Shown: positions 1-12,683, counted from the first letter of the whole stretch. The stretch: 56,282 nt of DNA, filler included, from Sphacelaria rigidula (GCA_964200075.2; 6 parts of 6 records of this genome joined end to end with filler, not necessarily neighbours in it); one strand, 5' to 3'. The notes: a model not told the origin generated them from the letters alone. Numbers and translations: made by a program.

Positions 1-1097
1 AATAAGAGGCGGTTCTACCAGTTTGACCACCGGGTGCCAGACGAAAAAGTGGATGCTGTGGGTAATTTGAAGGGTTAGGCGCTGACATTTTGACACAACA
101 TGTTTATTATTATATCACTGCGCACAACGTTTCCCGAGGTGCATCCGTTTTTTTTTTCACGGTGTCATGGCATTTTTCTAGTTTTTACAGAAACTTCAAA
201 TCGCTCTAACTTCCTGTTTTGTTTTGTTTTTGCGAATGCACTTCGAAAAATGTTGTGCGTAGTGATGATACAAATGTTGTGTCCAAATTTCAGTGCCTAA
301 CTCTCCAAAATACCCACAGCATCGCCAAAATACATTCAAAAATCACTGTCAGCTGGCCCAGACTGTAGCGTGCACGGGGTTTGACAAGCAGATGTGAGAA
401 CTGTTGATGCCGTGCCCTGCGGTGATGGTAATTCACTGCACTGCACTGCCGTATATGTCACCGTAACGGACGGTGCTGTACTGTCCTACGGTCTGTTCTC
501 GCTGTATGTGCAGAGTGGTGTACGCCACTGCACTCGTACTGCACTCGCACTGCTCTGTCCTCGCAATACTGACTGTACCAGCATGTATTACCGCCCGGCA
601 TTATCGTGTACTGTAATGATGGAATGCACCACACTGTATTACCCTAGGATACCACGGTAACAAGGTACTGTATTTGAAGGATGGTTCACTGCCTGCCTAT
701 TCTTCGGCTTCACTGGAAAGCTGCACCACACCCCTGCAGAAACTGATCCTTGTGAGAACTATTTTAACAAATCTGTGAAACAATAATGGTACCCCGGCAA
801 ATTTGACTTTCGCAAATATGAGTCCCCTCGATTGTGGAAAGATTGGGAATTCTACTGTACAGATTGAGGATTTGTCCCCATAAAGGGTCTTGATACTTGT
901 ATGGTAAATACCACCTTCGTAATTTTTTAACCTCCAGGTGTGGGACTTGTGGAGTAATGATCCATACGAAGATGACACTGATGAGTCAAGGGTGCACCAA
1001 CAACTTTACCTACACTACATCTTCTCCGACTGACTGCGCCTTCTCCGCACAACCCAACATCGAACGTCTTTCTCTGCCCCTTCCCCCCGCCCCCCAG

Positions 1098-2943
1098 CCT
1101 TCAAATACTGCTACACAAGAACCTAATGCGGCTGCGGCATTTCCTCCTCGCACCCGACCAACCGCTCCCCGAAGCTCCCGAGGATTGGCAACCCCCAATA
1201 GCGAGATCGACAACGCCGGAACAAGATGAGGAAGAAAAACGGGAGAATCCACCGGGGGACAGAAGCGGGGGGGAAGGATCACAACCATTGGTGGCACGAG
1301 AAGGCACGGCGCATAGTAGTGGCCCCAGTGGTGGTGGTGGTGGTGGTAGTAGCAGCCACAAGGACGGCGTCCGTAGCACCACCAGTAGCCGCAAGAGGGG
1401 GAAACGACGGGCCAGCAATCGCACCATTGGAGGCACCGGGACACCGGCTCCTGTTGCTCCGGCGCCGCCTGGCACAAGCTCATACCTCAACAACATGGGC
1501 AACCCTGCCGCCGCCGGTGCTTCTCGTTGGAAAGGCAAACCTCAGGAGCCTGTCGGCCCTCCGTCTGCGGTGGCGGCTGTCGCGGCTGCCACCGCCGCCG
1601 CCACCGCCGCCGCAAATGCTGCGTCGAACTTGGGCGGGAACCATCCGGGTGCCGCCGCCGCCGCAGCTGCTGCTGCAGCTGCTGCAGCTGCTGCAGCTGC
1701 TGCGCAACATTACGCACAGTACAGTATTGGCAACGGTGGGAACAATAGGAAAAGTAGCAGTACTAGTACAGCTACAGGCGGTGGGAAAATGCCGTTTTCG
1801 GCGCCGTCGTCTAACCCCCTCGGACACCGACCAAAGCCGATGTTGCCCCCGGGGGTGAGCGGGGCGTGTTGGCCATCCCACTGGCCGCACGCAGTTGTGC
1901 GACCTGCTCCTCCGGGATTTCCCCGTCCCCCTGCTCCTCCGGCATTTTCCCCCCCCCCTGCTTCTCCGGCATTCCCCCGCCCCCCTGCTTCTCCGGCATT
2001 TTCCCACCCCCCTGCTTCTCCGGCATTTCCCCGCCCCCCTGTTCCTCCAACATTTCCCCGCCCCCTTGCCCCCCCTGCCTTCCCCCTTCCCCCCAGGACT
2101 CTTCCCTTTCATTTCCCTCCCCCACTGACCGCACTAGCGCAAATGAACTTGCACGCGAAACGTGACGCTGGAGCTGATGACGACGTCAACAACAGCAGTG
2201 ATGATGATGATGATGATTTGGATGTGGATGTTGGGCAGACGTACCCGTCAATACCCCAACATCCCTTACAAGCACCTCCTCCACGACCTCCTCCTTACAG
2301 TTATTCGCACAGTCGAAGTGGCAGTGTTGAGGTTCAGCCGCCCGCCGCCGCCACCGCCGTCGCCGCACCAGCGTCAGCGTCAGCGCCGGCGCCAGCCCCA
2401 CCGCCAGCGTCAGCCCCAGCCCCACCGCCAGCGCCAATGTTAGCCCCACCGCCAGCACCAATATTAGCCCCACCGCCAGCGTCAGCGCCGGCGCCAACTC
2501 CACATCCAGCGCCAATGTTGGCCCCACCGCCAGCGCCCATATTAGCCCCACCGCCAGCGCCAATGTTAGCCTCACTGCCAGCGTCAGCGCCGGCGTCAGC
2601 CCCACCACCAGCGCCGGTGCCATCACCCACGCAGCCACAGTTCAGTCTTCCTGGGATTACGGGACGTGTTGAGTTTGACGGCAGCGCACAGCGCAAAATC
2701 GCCCCCGGTGGTCGGGGAGGTGATCGACGAGATGTGTCCTATGACGATACTGATCCTCTACCGCTTCCTTCGCCGCCGTCGTCCCCCTCCTTAAACGAGA
2801 AGCCAGCGGATCGAGTAATACTGGCGCAACCGTGGATGCGACAGCAGTCGGGGTCGCAGCAACAGTACCCCGTTGGTGGTAGTAGTAATAGTGATGCCAA
2901 GCCGTTGGATGATCATTCTGCTGTCTCGCACCTCGGCATCTGA
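1098..2943 (+). CDS. Probable long terminal exon of an unidentified gene; low-complexity Pro/Ala/Gly-rich protein region
   Basis: 605-aa open frame (1126-2943) that stays open upstream to a polypyrimidine tract + CAG acceptor at ~1097. Contains poly-Gly, poly-Ala, an acidic run and in-frame Pro-rich tandem repeats. No recognisable folded domain. Confidence 0.6.
1900..2080 (+). repeat. Coding tandem repeat, 27-bp unit (PPASPAFPR-like)
   Basis: Repeated 'ccccctgcttctccggcatttccccgc'-like units in frame in the 605-aa ORF. Confidence 0.85.
2375..2620 (+). repeat. Coding tandem repeat, ~24-bp unit (APPPAPML/APPPAPIL)
   Basis: Repeated 'gccccaccgccagcgccaatgtta'-like units. Confidence 0.85.
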
Positions 2944-3403
2944 TGTATAGATGTATCTGCTGGTTTTGGTGCGCTGGGGATATAGAGGTTTTTCGTGAAT
3001 GAAAATAGTGTAACATTTTGTCGAGTTATCCCCGTCTGGTTGTTGGCTGCTGTTGTCAGCTGACTGTTGGAGGGCTGCTGCTGATAATTGCTTTTGTGAT
3101 CCGATTCTTCAGGCGAGATGCTGGGAGAATTCTCGGTGTGTTCGTGCTTAAGCTAATCCCGGGGTTCAAACCCTCGCGCGTCGGGATTTCTTTTTTTTCA
3201 GGGGTACTCGGACCGTTCCGCACGGTGAGTATTCATCACTCTGGAAAGAAGAACCACAGATAGTCTGCTTGTATCGTGGCGAGTTGGGCAAGCGGTGCCG
3301 CTGACAGAGTTGGGCAGCGCGGCGCTGATTACAGGGGTGGCAACTCTGGGGTGAAACTGGGTTCGATGACTCAACAGCCTGAAGGGTCCCGGGTCTAGCT
3401 TTT

Positions 3404-3481
3404 GTTAAGATGTCACAGATACCACTGAGCTCAACAATCAGCGCTGACCGTTTAGCTCAGTGGTATCTGTGACATCTTAAC
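3404..3481. repeat. Near-perfect 78-bp palindrome/hairpin
   Basis: gttaagatgtcacagataccactgagct (3404-3431) is the exact reverse complement of 3454-3481. The centre tcagcgctga is itself palindromic. Confidence 0.9.
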
Positions 3482-4125
3482 TTGATAGGTTTACAGCATC
3501 GTCATTTTGTACGTGCTCGTTTTGTCAATATCCAGTGTCGTGCGTTGTCGTGATGACGGAAGGGGGGGGGCGTGTGTGTTGTCGTGTCTCATTTGCGCGA
3601 TGATGTGAATCTGCGCTTGCGTGAGTTTCCTACCCTTGAGGTTCTACTTGTAGACGGAACGCCTTGTGAGACTGCTGTGCCCTCTCATGCAGAAGCGAAT
3701 GCGTGTAGATATCAGTTACGTGTGTGTTGTTGTGTTACACGGCTCAAAATATTTTCTGTGAAGAGGAAATGGTCGTATAGTAAATATATGAGGCTTTCAA
3801 ATTTAAACGTCGGTGTTGAGAGTATCAACACAACACACACACGGAATAAAATGTTGGTGAAGCTCTTCCACCATACTACAGAGAGTTTCGGAAATAACTC
3901 AGGATCAGAGCGTAACCGAAAAATATTTCCCCCTCCGTCAAATCCGGTACCCTCATAACTGATCTTCGAGGAGGTGTTTTTCTTATTCTGCACTCTGCTC
4001 CTAAGATATTTGCAGTCTGAAATGTGACAAAAAAGCGTTCTCCGAAACTCTATGATGGCGATATCTGACCTCTGCAGATAGAAGCGATTTTTTCGCTTCT
4101 TATGTTTTTCATGTCTCGAACTGTC

Positions 4126-4164
<39 letters not shown>

Positions 4165-4689
4165 ATGTATATCGTTTGAAGATTCCGCACGACGAGTACG
4201 TGTCGCGTGTGTGCCTATTTTTGGTGGCACCTGATGTACAAGACTTCCACCGCATGAAGGAGTAACCAGCTTCCTCAGATTCCGTAAAAACGTAATCGTT
4301 TCATGGAGGAGGCTGGTTTACCGGCGTTGGGCTACAAATGTTCATGGTCGGCACAATTTTACAAGTATCGCTACCGCTCAAACCCTAACCCCAACCCAAC
4401 GCATACCGAGAACCCTCTGGCAAGGATTGCATATACATTCCTCAGGCAAAGTGTGGCCTCGGTAGACCCCAAATCGGCGCCACAGGTGCCGTTTTCAACG
4501 ACAACGCGTTCCGCGCACGCGAGGAGCACACGGGACTGTCAGCCCCACTTGAATTCCGATTCTCGTTGTACACACTCAAATCAATTAATATCAACCATGA
4601 ACGTTTGTAGCCCGAAGCCGGTAAACTTTACTGTCGTGGAGGGAGAAAGCAGAGAAGAGCGACAACTTTCCTTCTCCCTGTTGAGTGAT

Positions 4690-5330
4690 GCTACGATAGG
4701 GGAAAGGGGGGGGGGCGTACCCATTTGTGTCGCCTGCCTTACTCGTTTGACCATTGGCCACGCATCCTTTTCGAGGCGGAGCACCCTTCCTACTCCCGAT
4801 AGAGACACCTCCAACATTCCGGCGCTCATTACGTTTCTTCCATGCATCACACAAAATCTTTTGCATATTTTATCCCCGTCCTGTTTCGCTGTCTGTGGCC
4901 ACCATTTATCTCCTGGTATAACCGTCGTTTTTCCCGTACTTTCTAATGCATCAAGCGATTTCATGCCACCTTCGTTCACGTCCCGCATTTCCCCCTATAG
5001 CACGTCCCGTTCCTCCTTGTATAGTTCACATTCTGCCAGTATATGAGTTCTGCTCTCTATTGCTTTGCCATAGGGGCAGTTCTGTCCATCTACTTCCTCC
5101 TCCTTTCGACGACTGGTAAGGCGGTGGGGGGGGTTGGGACATTCTTTTCCAGGAAATTCCACCTCAAAAATCGTCGTTTGAAAATAGCAGCGTTTGTTGG
5201 TGCGCACCCGTCAGCAGTAAGACATACTCATTCATATTACTCGACACTATTTCCGTTTTCACTCAAATACAAAAGAACCGCGAGTAGTTGTTCGTCTGAC
5301 ATACCTGTGAGCCCCCGCGTTATGTGGAAG
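4690..5330 (-). mobile_element. Degenerate 3' portion of a non-LTR retrotransposon (LINE)
   Basis: Minus-strand frames give 'CPYGKAIESRTHILAECELYKEERDVL', a decayed C-terminal CCHC-type knuckle of LINE ORF2, and 'GDKWWPQTAKQDGDKI'. Frameshifted. The same 3' sequence recurs at several other places in the window. Confidence 0.75.
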
Positions 5331-6009
5331 CAAACCCCTCCCCCTATCGTAGCATCACCTCACTCTAATGAGTTGTCGCCCATGGAGAAAAAATGAGCAG
5401 TGTCGCTGCTCCTTGTCGTGGAGCACTTTGCAAAGCGTGTACCCAAAACTTTGTCCCGAAACGTGCATTCTTCCGAAAAAAACACAGATAAAGTGTGTCT
5501 TGTCACGCGGCTGAAAAACTGAAAAAATGCCCTACATGAGGGGGCTGAGACGCCTACCAGCAACATTGCGCTTCCAAATAGCGCGCCCTTCCAAGATCCC
5601 GCCACTTCAAGACCCGGTTTCACTTTAAGGCTCATGACACATATTCCCATGTGACGCTTTAGTCTCTATGCTACAGTACTGAAGAATCAAGAGGATTCCA
5701 TACTGAAAAGCAGCAGAAGATATGACGACGTCAACAACACCCTCACTTCCACACACTTCCGGTCATCTACAGTAATAGAGTGGCACCGCGGACTCTTTCG
5801 ACGCCGCGAGAAGCGTGACGCGAGAGACTAGACCGAGACAAACGTCAAATCAGGGTGCGTTTCTCTTGACCGGACACCTTATTGCTCCGGGGCCAACAAA
5901 CGAACGAAATAAAAGAGTCTCCTTTATTCCGTATTGCAAATCGAGTCCATGTACGCAAAGGGAACGGACGCACGGACGGACGGCCTGAGGCAGGGGCGGG
6001 GTGGTGGTG

Positions 6010-6095
6010 GGGGGGTGTACTCATTTGTTGCTTGCCTGAGTCGTTTGACCATTGACCACACATCCCTTAGGAGACGGAGCACCGTTCCTACTCCT
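6010..6095 (-). mobile_element. Short 3'-end fragment of the same LINE family
   Basis: Similar to 4715-4800 (tactcatttgttgcttgcctgagtcgtttgaccattgaccac). Confidence 0.75.
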
Positions 6096-6886
6096 AACAG
6101 TCAGGGGCGGGGGAGGGGAGGGGTCGGGGGTCTACATTTGTGAAATGATGTTTCAAACAATCATTTCATTCGTGATTACAGGAGGATTGACTCACTTCGC
6201 AGAGCACAGCACATACATACGCTCATTCATTCATTTATACATTCATATACATATACTTGCACTTTGTTCACCCGAAAAATACCAGACCGCTGGAGAAGCG
6301 AAACGAGACCGACAGAAGAACACGGCACGATACGACCCGGAGTATACATGGAAAAGAAAAAAGAAAAAAGGAAAAAAAAACGCTGCCCGAATCTCCCCTT
6401 GCATCAATCGGCTCAACACGCACTTCGCGAAAAACACAGCCTCGAATCCGTTGTCGCAGATCAGATCCTTCCCGAACCGCAAGTCAAGAGGGTGTTCGTA
6501 GATCTGTTTTTCGACTCAATAAGAGGCAACCGATGGCATCGCATGTACACACCACCCCAAAACCCTATTACTCGATAAAAACCCTCAAGACTACGTACCA
6601 TCATGGGCATTAAGGGGCAAAGCCTGCGGCCCTTTTCACCCCATCAAGCAGTAGTCATACCCAACAAGACCTGGACGCTCCAGAGTACTGCGCATAGCAC
6701 CACGAGAACGGAGGGCACGCGCGGTAGTCAAGATACCCCCTCGCTTCACAAACGCACGAGGTGCGGATTATATCCTTCATCTTTAAGGAACAACAACAAG
6801 CACGCCCGAAGTGCACAACTACATGGTGGCGCGCAAACAAGCAAGCGTTACGATAGCCTAGCTTTGTTTCACTTGTTGCTACTGCT

Positions 6887-7190
6887 GCCGGTCGCCCCGG
6901 TGGCTCAGTTGGTAACCTCGAAACTTTCTGACGGTTGGATCGTGGGTGCGGATCTCGGTGTAGTCACACGACCTGAGATGTTTTGTCACACCACGCCCCA
7001 ACAGTGGAGAGCGACCGTGCCGTGGGTACACAAAATCCGACCTCTTCACGGTCGACGAGGGAAAAGAACCGCTGAACCTCTCTCGCGATAAAAAATAAGG
7101 CACGCACCGCAGAAGGAGGGTGGAGAATCAACACACAAAAAAAAAGAAAACAAATCCTGTGTTGGTTTTTCTCCTGTGTGGCCCCGGCTG
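6887..7190 (+). mobile_element. tRNA-derived SINE-like element (copy 1)
   Basis: 5' end has a pol III A-box (tggctcagttgg) and a B-box-like ggtgcggatctc. Colinear similarity over ~300 bp with 33425-33736 in another segment. Confidence 0.7.
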
Positions 7191-8791
7191 AAACGCCCAC
7201 ATGTCAAAAGGTGTAGACTGGCGTCTGGAATAGATGGGATGACAACACACACACCGCCACACGGATTATACGACAAAATATCCAAGCGTTAATCACAGCG
7301 AGGTTTACACATGAACGCAAACACCCTCAACACAGTCGAACATGAACCACATCAAACACAAAAAAAACAGAACATCAAGAAGCAAGGGGGATGAAAATCT
7401 GGTTGCGCACTGCGCACATCAAATCCGTCAAACGCCAAGGACCATCAAGGATCGTTTTTGCCACGCTCAACCACACAGGTCATCATTACCGTAACCTCCA
7501 AAAACCCTTACCCTCCTCCTGCAGTAAAGCAACTTTCGACGAATGCAACACCAACTGGAAGCACCCCCAAAACACCATAATATAGTACACACTGCACCAC
7601 ATCACCCCACGAAATAAATAAATAATTAGTGACATCGCTTGGCTTCCTTGCTATGCTGCGCCGTTTGTCACCGATAAAAACACTGAGAGAGGAAGGGTAA
7701 TGCTTGATTGATTGGCCGGCAGTTGACTGAGGGAGGGATAATGGCACACAGTTTTCCGATTGATGGAAAACAACACGGCCCACAAACTTTGTTTGATCCA
7801 CCAACCACAAGTGATCGACTGCCTTCACCCACAAGCAAGGTCTGTAGGGTGACGTAAGATCTCACCCACATAGATGAAGTTATTTATGAAAATACATCCG
7901 AAACCGCTAGCACAAACACACGCCGAGGAAACTTTCTCGCCACGTGCCAAGAGGACTTTCCCGAAATCTGGACATCCCCTGAACCCCATGTCCCCGACAT
8001 CCCACCCATCACTAGATATTGAGCCACATATCGGAAAGGTTTTCACGCTGCGTATACCGCGATCGCACACACCAACAGGTCAGATCTTCCCCAAGGATGG
8101 ATCTCCGTACAACAAGCTGCACACTTCACCCATGATCCTATTGCGGCCATCCATCATCAACGCCACTACATCTTCCGCGCGGAAGCATACCGTGGACGTG
8201 GGGGAGACACACATGGCAAACACCGCCTCCAAGTGATGCTGGATTTTCACTCAGCCCGATCTTTGTCAAAATGGAAAACATCCACGTGCCACGTGCTTCC
8301 AAACCAAAGGAAGGCATACAGTACATCACTCTGAAATACCCTTCCGGCGACACTCTGCCGAACTGACATCATACGTGCATGACACGAGACAGAGATCGCG
8401 ATGGATTATCTCTCACAAGAATATAACAACACAACTTTGGACGTTACCATCACAGACCAGTAGCGCCGCGCGTACGTCTTCCACAAAATTCGGGAAAGTA
8501 CAAAAACGTCTCCCGTCCATTCGGGTACACTACTACAAGTATTCACCCTCAGGCAACGAAAAAACCACAGGACGGTACGGTCCTCGAAGTACTTGCTATA
8601 TATCGTGTTTTTTTTTTCTTCACATTTTCGCACGTCGCAGGCCGGACCAAAAGCATCAGTATTCCTCTCCTTGTCTTCATTCCAGTGCCAAAAATGGACA
8701 CAAGGAAAAAAAAGCAAGCAAGCAAGCCCGACAGAGAGAGATAGTAAAAAGTAGCACATCGACTTTTTTTATCACGACAAGTCCCTTGGTA

Positions 8792-9120
8792 TCACGATTT
8801 CCTCGAGAAACCGGTCATTAATCGCCGGGAGTTGGGCGCCTCAACGACCCGCCCAGCATTCACCGTGTTTTTGGAATGCAGCTCCACCACAGCCTCCGGA
8901 GATTCCTCTAAAAACTGCATGACCTTTGCGTGTGTCGTGAGCATGATCGCTGCCCCTGGGATGCCCCTCCCGAAGGCCGCAAGCCAGCCGCGGAAAAGCC
9001 GGGCCGGGCCTCCCTCTTGAAGCAAGTTTCGGCATGTTTCGATCAACCCTGGGATCCGCATGCCCGGTTTTCGGTCCGTGGCCTGTGTCACCGTTTTGAT
9101 CGTGTCTAGCGGCAAGGCGA
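8792..9120 (-). CDS. Last exon of a mitochondrial carrier family (SLC25) protein
   Basis: 'PLDTIKT' is the Px[DE]xx[KR] signature, followed by 'EGGPARLFRGWLAAFGRGIPG', the second half of the carrier repeat. CAG acceptor at 9121-9123 and stop at 8792. Upstream exons lie off the segment. Confidence 0.85.
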
Positions 9121-9297
9121 CTGTTTCCCCCCGACCCACCCCCCACCCCCCCGAGGAGGACATGAATAAGTCGCGACGTAATTACAAAGGAGAGGAACAG
9201 ATAAAGAGGGGGGGGGGGGGGGGGGGGGCTACACCTTCCGGAAAAAAAGGGGGGGGCAGACAGGGGAAAAAAAGACGAAAGAGAACGGGAGAGGACA

Positions 9298-9397
9298 NNN
9301 NNNNNNNNNNNNNNNNNNNNNNNNNNNNNNNNNNNNNNNNNTTAATTAATTAANNNNNNNNNNNNNNNNNNNNNNNNNNNNNNNNNNNNNNNNNNNN
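9298..9397. other. Artificial contig spacer (N44-TTAATTAATTAA-N44)
   Basis: Six-frame-stop linker inside an N run. Confidence 0.98.
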
Positions 9398-9486
9398 CGT
9401 AGCACCGTCTCGAAAGGGATGCGTGGTCAATGGTCAAACGACTAAGGCAAGCAACAAATGAGTACGCCCCCTATCGTAGCATGACT
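9398..9486 (+). mobile_element. LINE 3'-end fragment
   Basis: gggatgcgtggtcaatggtcaaacgactaaggcaagcaacaaatgagtacgcccc matches the reverse complement of the 4715-4790 and 6010-6095 copies. Confidence 0.75.
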
Positions 9487-12140
9487 CTCACATCGCTTCC
9501 CCGCCCACTATATGGTGCCACCCTGCAGCAGCACCTACTGTATTGCCACGAAGACTCGAACTATGCCTACGACGCTCGAGCCTCGTCGTTGCGTAACCCC
9601 ATGCAGCGGCTACCTCGATTATCCTCCACCAAGTTCGGCCTCTCAAGCTAGAGACTAAAGACTACAGTGGTACAGCATCACTCTCTGGCCAGTACAGCAG
9701 GACTATGAAACCGCGCGTCTGATAAATGGTCACCTATCGCTGAAGAACACACCTCGTCAGGGTCAGACTCTTTACCGGTGGCGTGCTGGTCGCTAAGGTA
9801 TCAAATTCAATGCCCGCCCGACGACCAGCGCCGCCATCCTACCCCCATGGTGATGATGACGATGACGATAACGATAATGCGGTAGGTCTTTTCTCTCCGG
9901 AGGATGACGTTTTCTTTAGGTCCCTGAGATCTGGAAGTACGCAAAAACGCGCGTGAGACGAGGGGGGTCATAGAATTAACTGCCTGCCGTTCTATCCCGT
10001 ACAGAGGTGTACTGAGCAGATTGTTGACGAAGGTGTATGGAACACCTGACGGACAACAAGATTTGGGCGGGACGAACGTGACTGCTACAAAAGATTTTCC
10101 AGAATGCTGACGAAGAGAAATACTAGTGTATGCATATACATATATATAGCCGAAATATCCGTGCAGGTGCTGCCATAGGGACCATACGGCTATTTCAAAT
10201 ACTCCAGTTATTTTGCAGAACAGAAGCGCCTCCCAATTAACGACGGAAAACCGCCCTTCCGACCTTACGTATCGACAGCATAGGTCATGGTCCACCCTTC
10301 AAGGGTTAAAAAACAAAAAACAAAAACAGGGACGGCGTACAAGTTCTTACGACGTGTGAAAATCTACCACCACAAACCACCCAAGCACATCGAAGTCGAC
10401 GAAAAAATGTCTGCAACTCACGCATATTATACTATGTTTGTCCATGAACCACGAAAACATGAAGCCAAAATCAGGAAGGAAAAAGAACACACAAACACAC
10501 ACTCGGCCACCTGCCTGCCCTGTCGCAAGCACAGAACGCGAACGAACATACAGAGCACAATAATGAGACAATTCTTCGAGGAAGGATGCGAGCGAGGATT
10601 ACTACACAAACACCCAACACCATGCATCGCGGGAGAATTGTTGGAATAGTGGCGGGAACAATCCTGTTTTTTTGTTTATATGTGTCAATGAAAGACTTGT
10701 GATCTATTCGAACCTTTTGATTCGCTGCTACAGGTCGAGTGAAGGGCATCAAAACACGCGAAAAATCATCTCAGAAGATAACAAGAGAGGGTGTTACACA
10801 CTTCTTTCTCGACACCACCAATGACGACGAAGTGGCGACTAATGTCAAGATAGCCCCCCCACAAAAAGTGCACCGGAGACCGTCCGACAAACCGGCCGCG
10901 ATCCCACTTCTCGGCTCGTTTACAGCAATTTCGCCCACATGAGAGACGTGTAGCAGTGTGAAATCAGCTATGATGCCCAAATGAGTCGCGTCGTGCAGCA
11001 CGAAACCAGCTCTAACGGCATTCATGACCATCGCCTCTGTGCACTTTTTTGGCTGGTTCGGGGGTGGGGGGCTATCTCGGCAGCAGTCTAGCATATGAAG
11101 TGGGTTAGGACTACAAACCTGCTGAAGAGCTCTCGTTCGATACTCGTGCCGTGCGGTGAAAATTGCGACCCCACACGACATACGAAACAAAAAAGAAGAA
11201 AATGGTCATCATTGATTTCCCTTTATTCTATATGCAAACGTAAGTATTACGGCAAAGCGTACTCGACACACATGTCGGACGATGTAATGATGGCCAAGCG
11301 CACATGGAAAGCACTTGCTAACTAACGTAAGATACACACACGAGTTACCGGGCTTTGCCCCCATCTTACTGCCCTATAGTGCTGCAGAACAGGCCACAAA
11401 CGGTGTATGGAGCTCGACATCCGCACGGGGGTATTACCTCTCTGACCCACGGTAATTTGTTCAAGACTGACCAGAAAAAACTCGCAAACTTTCCAGGAAA
11501 AGGTTTCGGCGAAGAAAAGATACTTTGGATGACAAGGGTCACGGATATATATATATATATATATATATACATACTAGGTCTAGAAGAGCCTACTGGGCGG
11601 GGGGGCCAGAATCTATGGACGTTATATATGGGCGATGTAATGGGGAAGGGAAAAGAAAAGGCTGAGAACAACAGACAGAGAGATAGGGCCGTGATAGCAT
11701 GCACAGAGGGATAGTGCCGCATGGGTATGGGCATGTTGTAGAAGGGAAGCAAGGCAGAGCGGTGTTGGATCGAAATGTCTTACGCACAAGCGTGCGTCGC
11801 CGATGAAGGGGTTGAAGGAAGAAGAATGAATCCTTTCCCGTGCGTTGTTGTGGCAATATATATATATATATATATATATGGAATCATTGTGGAGACATAA
11901 AACCAGACGGAAGGGGAAAATCCAAGGAAAGGGAAGAGAACTCCACCGTGAAGGCATTGAAACTATAGGGGGGAAGGTACAACAAAACGCGAGGAAGAGA
12001 ACATGTACAGACAAGTATGGTGAGGGGAAGAAGTTGTGGTCTACTAATACATGGCAAGGACGGGAAGACGAATGCATACGGTACGAAAAGAAAACACAAA
12101 CGCGGAAGAAAACGAAGGACGTGCAACGGTGACAAGTTAC

Positions 12141-12470
12141 TGTGGAGAAAAAAAGAAGTGAAGGAAGGCGACAAAGACAACAACGAGAAACAATGACCGT
12201 CACGACAGCGGCGCACTCTATGTGACGGGAGCCAGAATGTGAACACACCAAAAAACCCGCAAATATACATCGACAGAAGGCTAACGACGCAGAGAAATTC
12301 AGGAGGAGCCGAACTACGTAGGAAAAAACAGAATAAACACGGAGAAGAAACGGTGACACGTCAATGTCGACAGAAAACATGTGAAGGAAGACGAGAAAAG
12401 CAACAACGAGAAATAATGGCAGTCACAACAACGGCGTACTCTATGTGCAGGGAGCCAGAATGTGAACAAA
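12141..12470. repeat. Imperfect ~110-bp direct duplication
   Basis: 12141-12250 vs ~12364-12470 (gtgaaggaag...caacaacgagaaa...actctatgtg...gggagccagaatgtgaaca). Confidence 0.8.
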
Positions 12471-12683
12471 CTAGAAGAAAACGTAAAGAGACAGGAAGAA
12501 AAAATTCTGGGCAAAGGTAATGATTGCAAGTGGAAGAACGGACGCGCAATGAAGGGACTACAAAACAAAGACAATGGCAAGAAACAACAATCCTACGAAA
12601 GGGCAACGCACGACACCGCGACAACAACGTAAAGGAGAGTCTGGGAATGAATCAATCCTAACAAGCAAGAAATAATGGAAGAA

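Noticed and set aside
1010-3016. Numerous overlapping ORFs in other frames and on the other strand
   Set aside because: Shadow ORFs of GC-rich, low-complexity coding sequence.
4378-4400. Telomere-like (CCCTAA) repeat
   Set aside because: Only one exact unit plus degenerate copies; too short to be meaningful.
6887-6975. Functional tRNA gene (also at 33425)
   Set aside because: No convincing cloverleaf or T-run terminator. Similarity between the copies extends ~200 bp beyond the tRNA-like head, as expected for a SINE.
7400-8400. Possible decayed TE coding sequence
   Set aside because: Looks non-random, but no identifiable motif in any frame.
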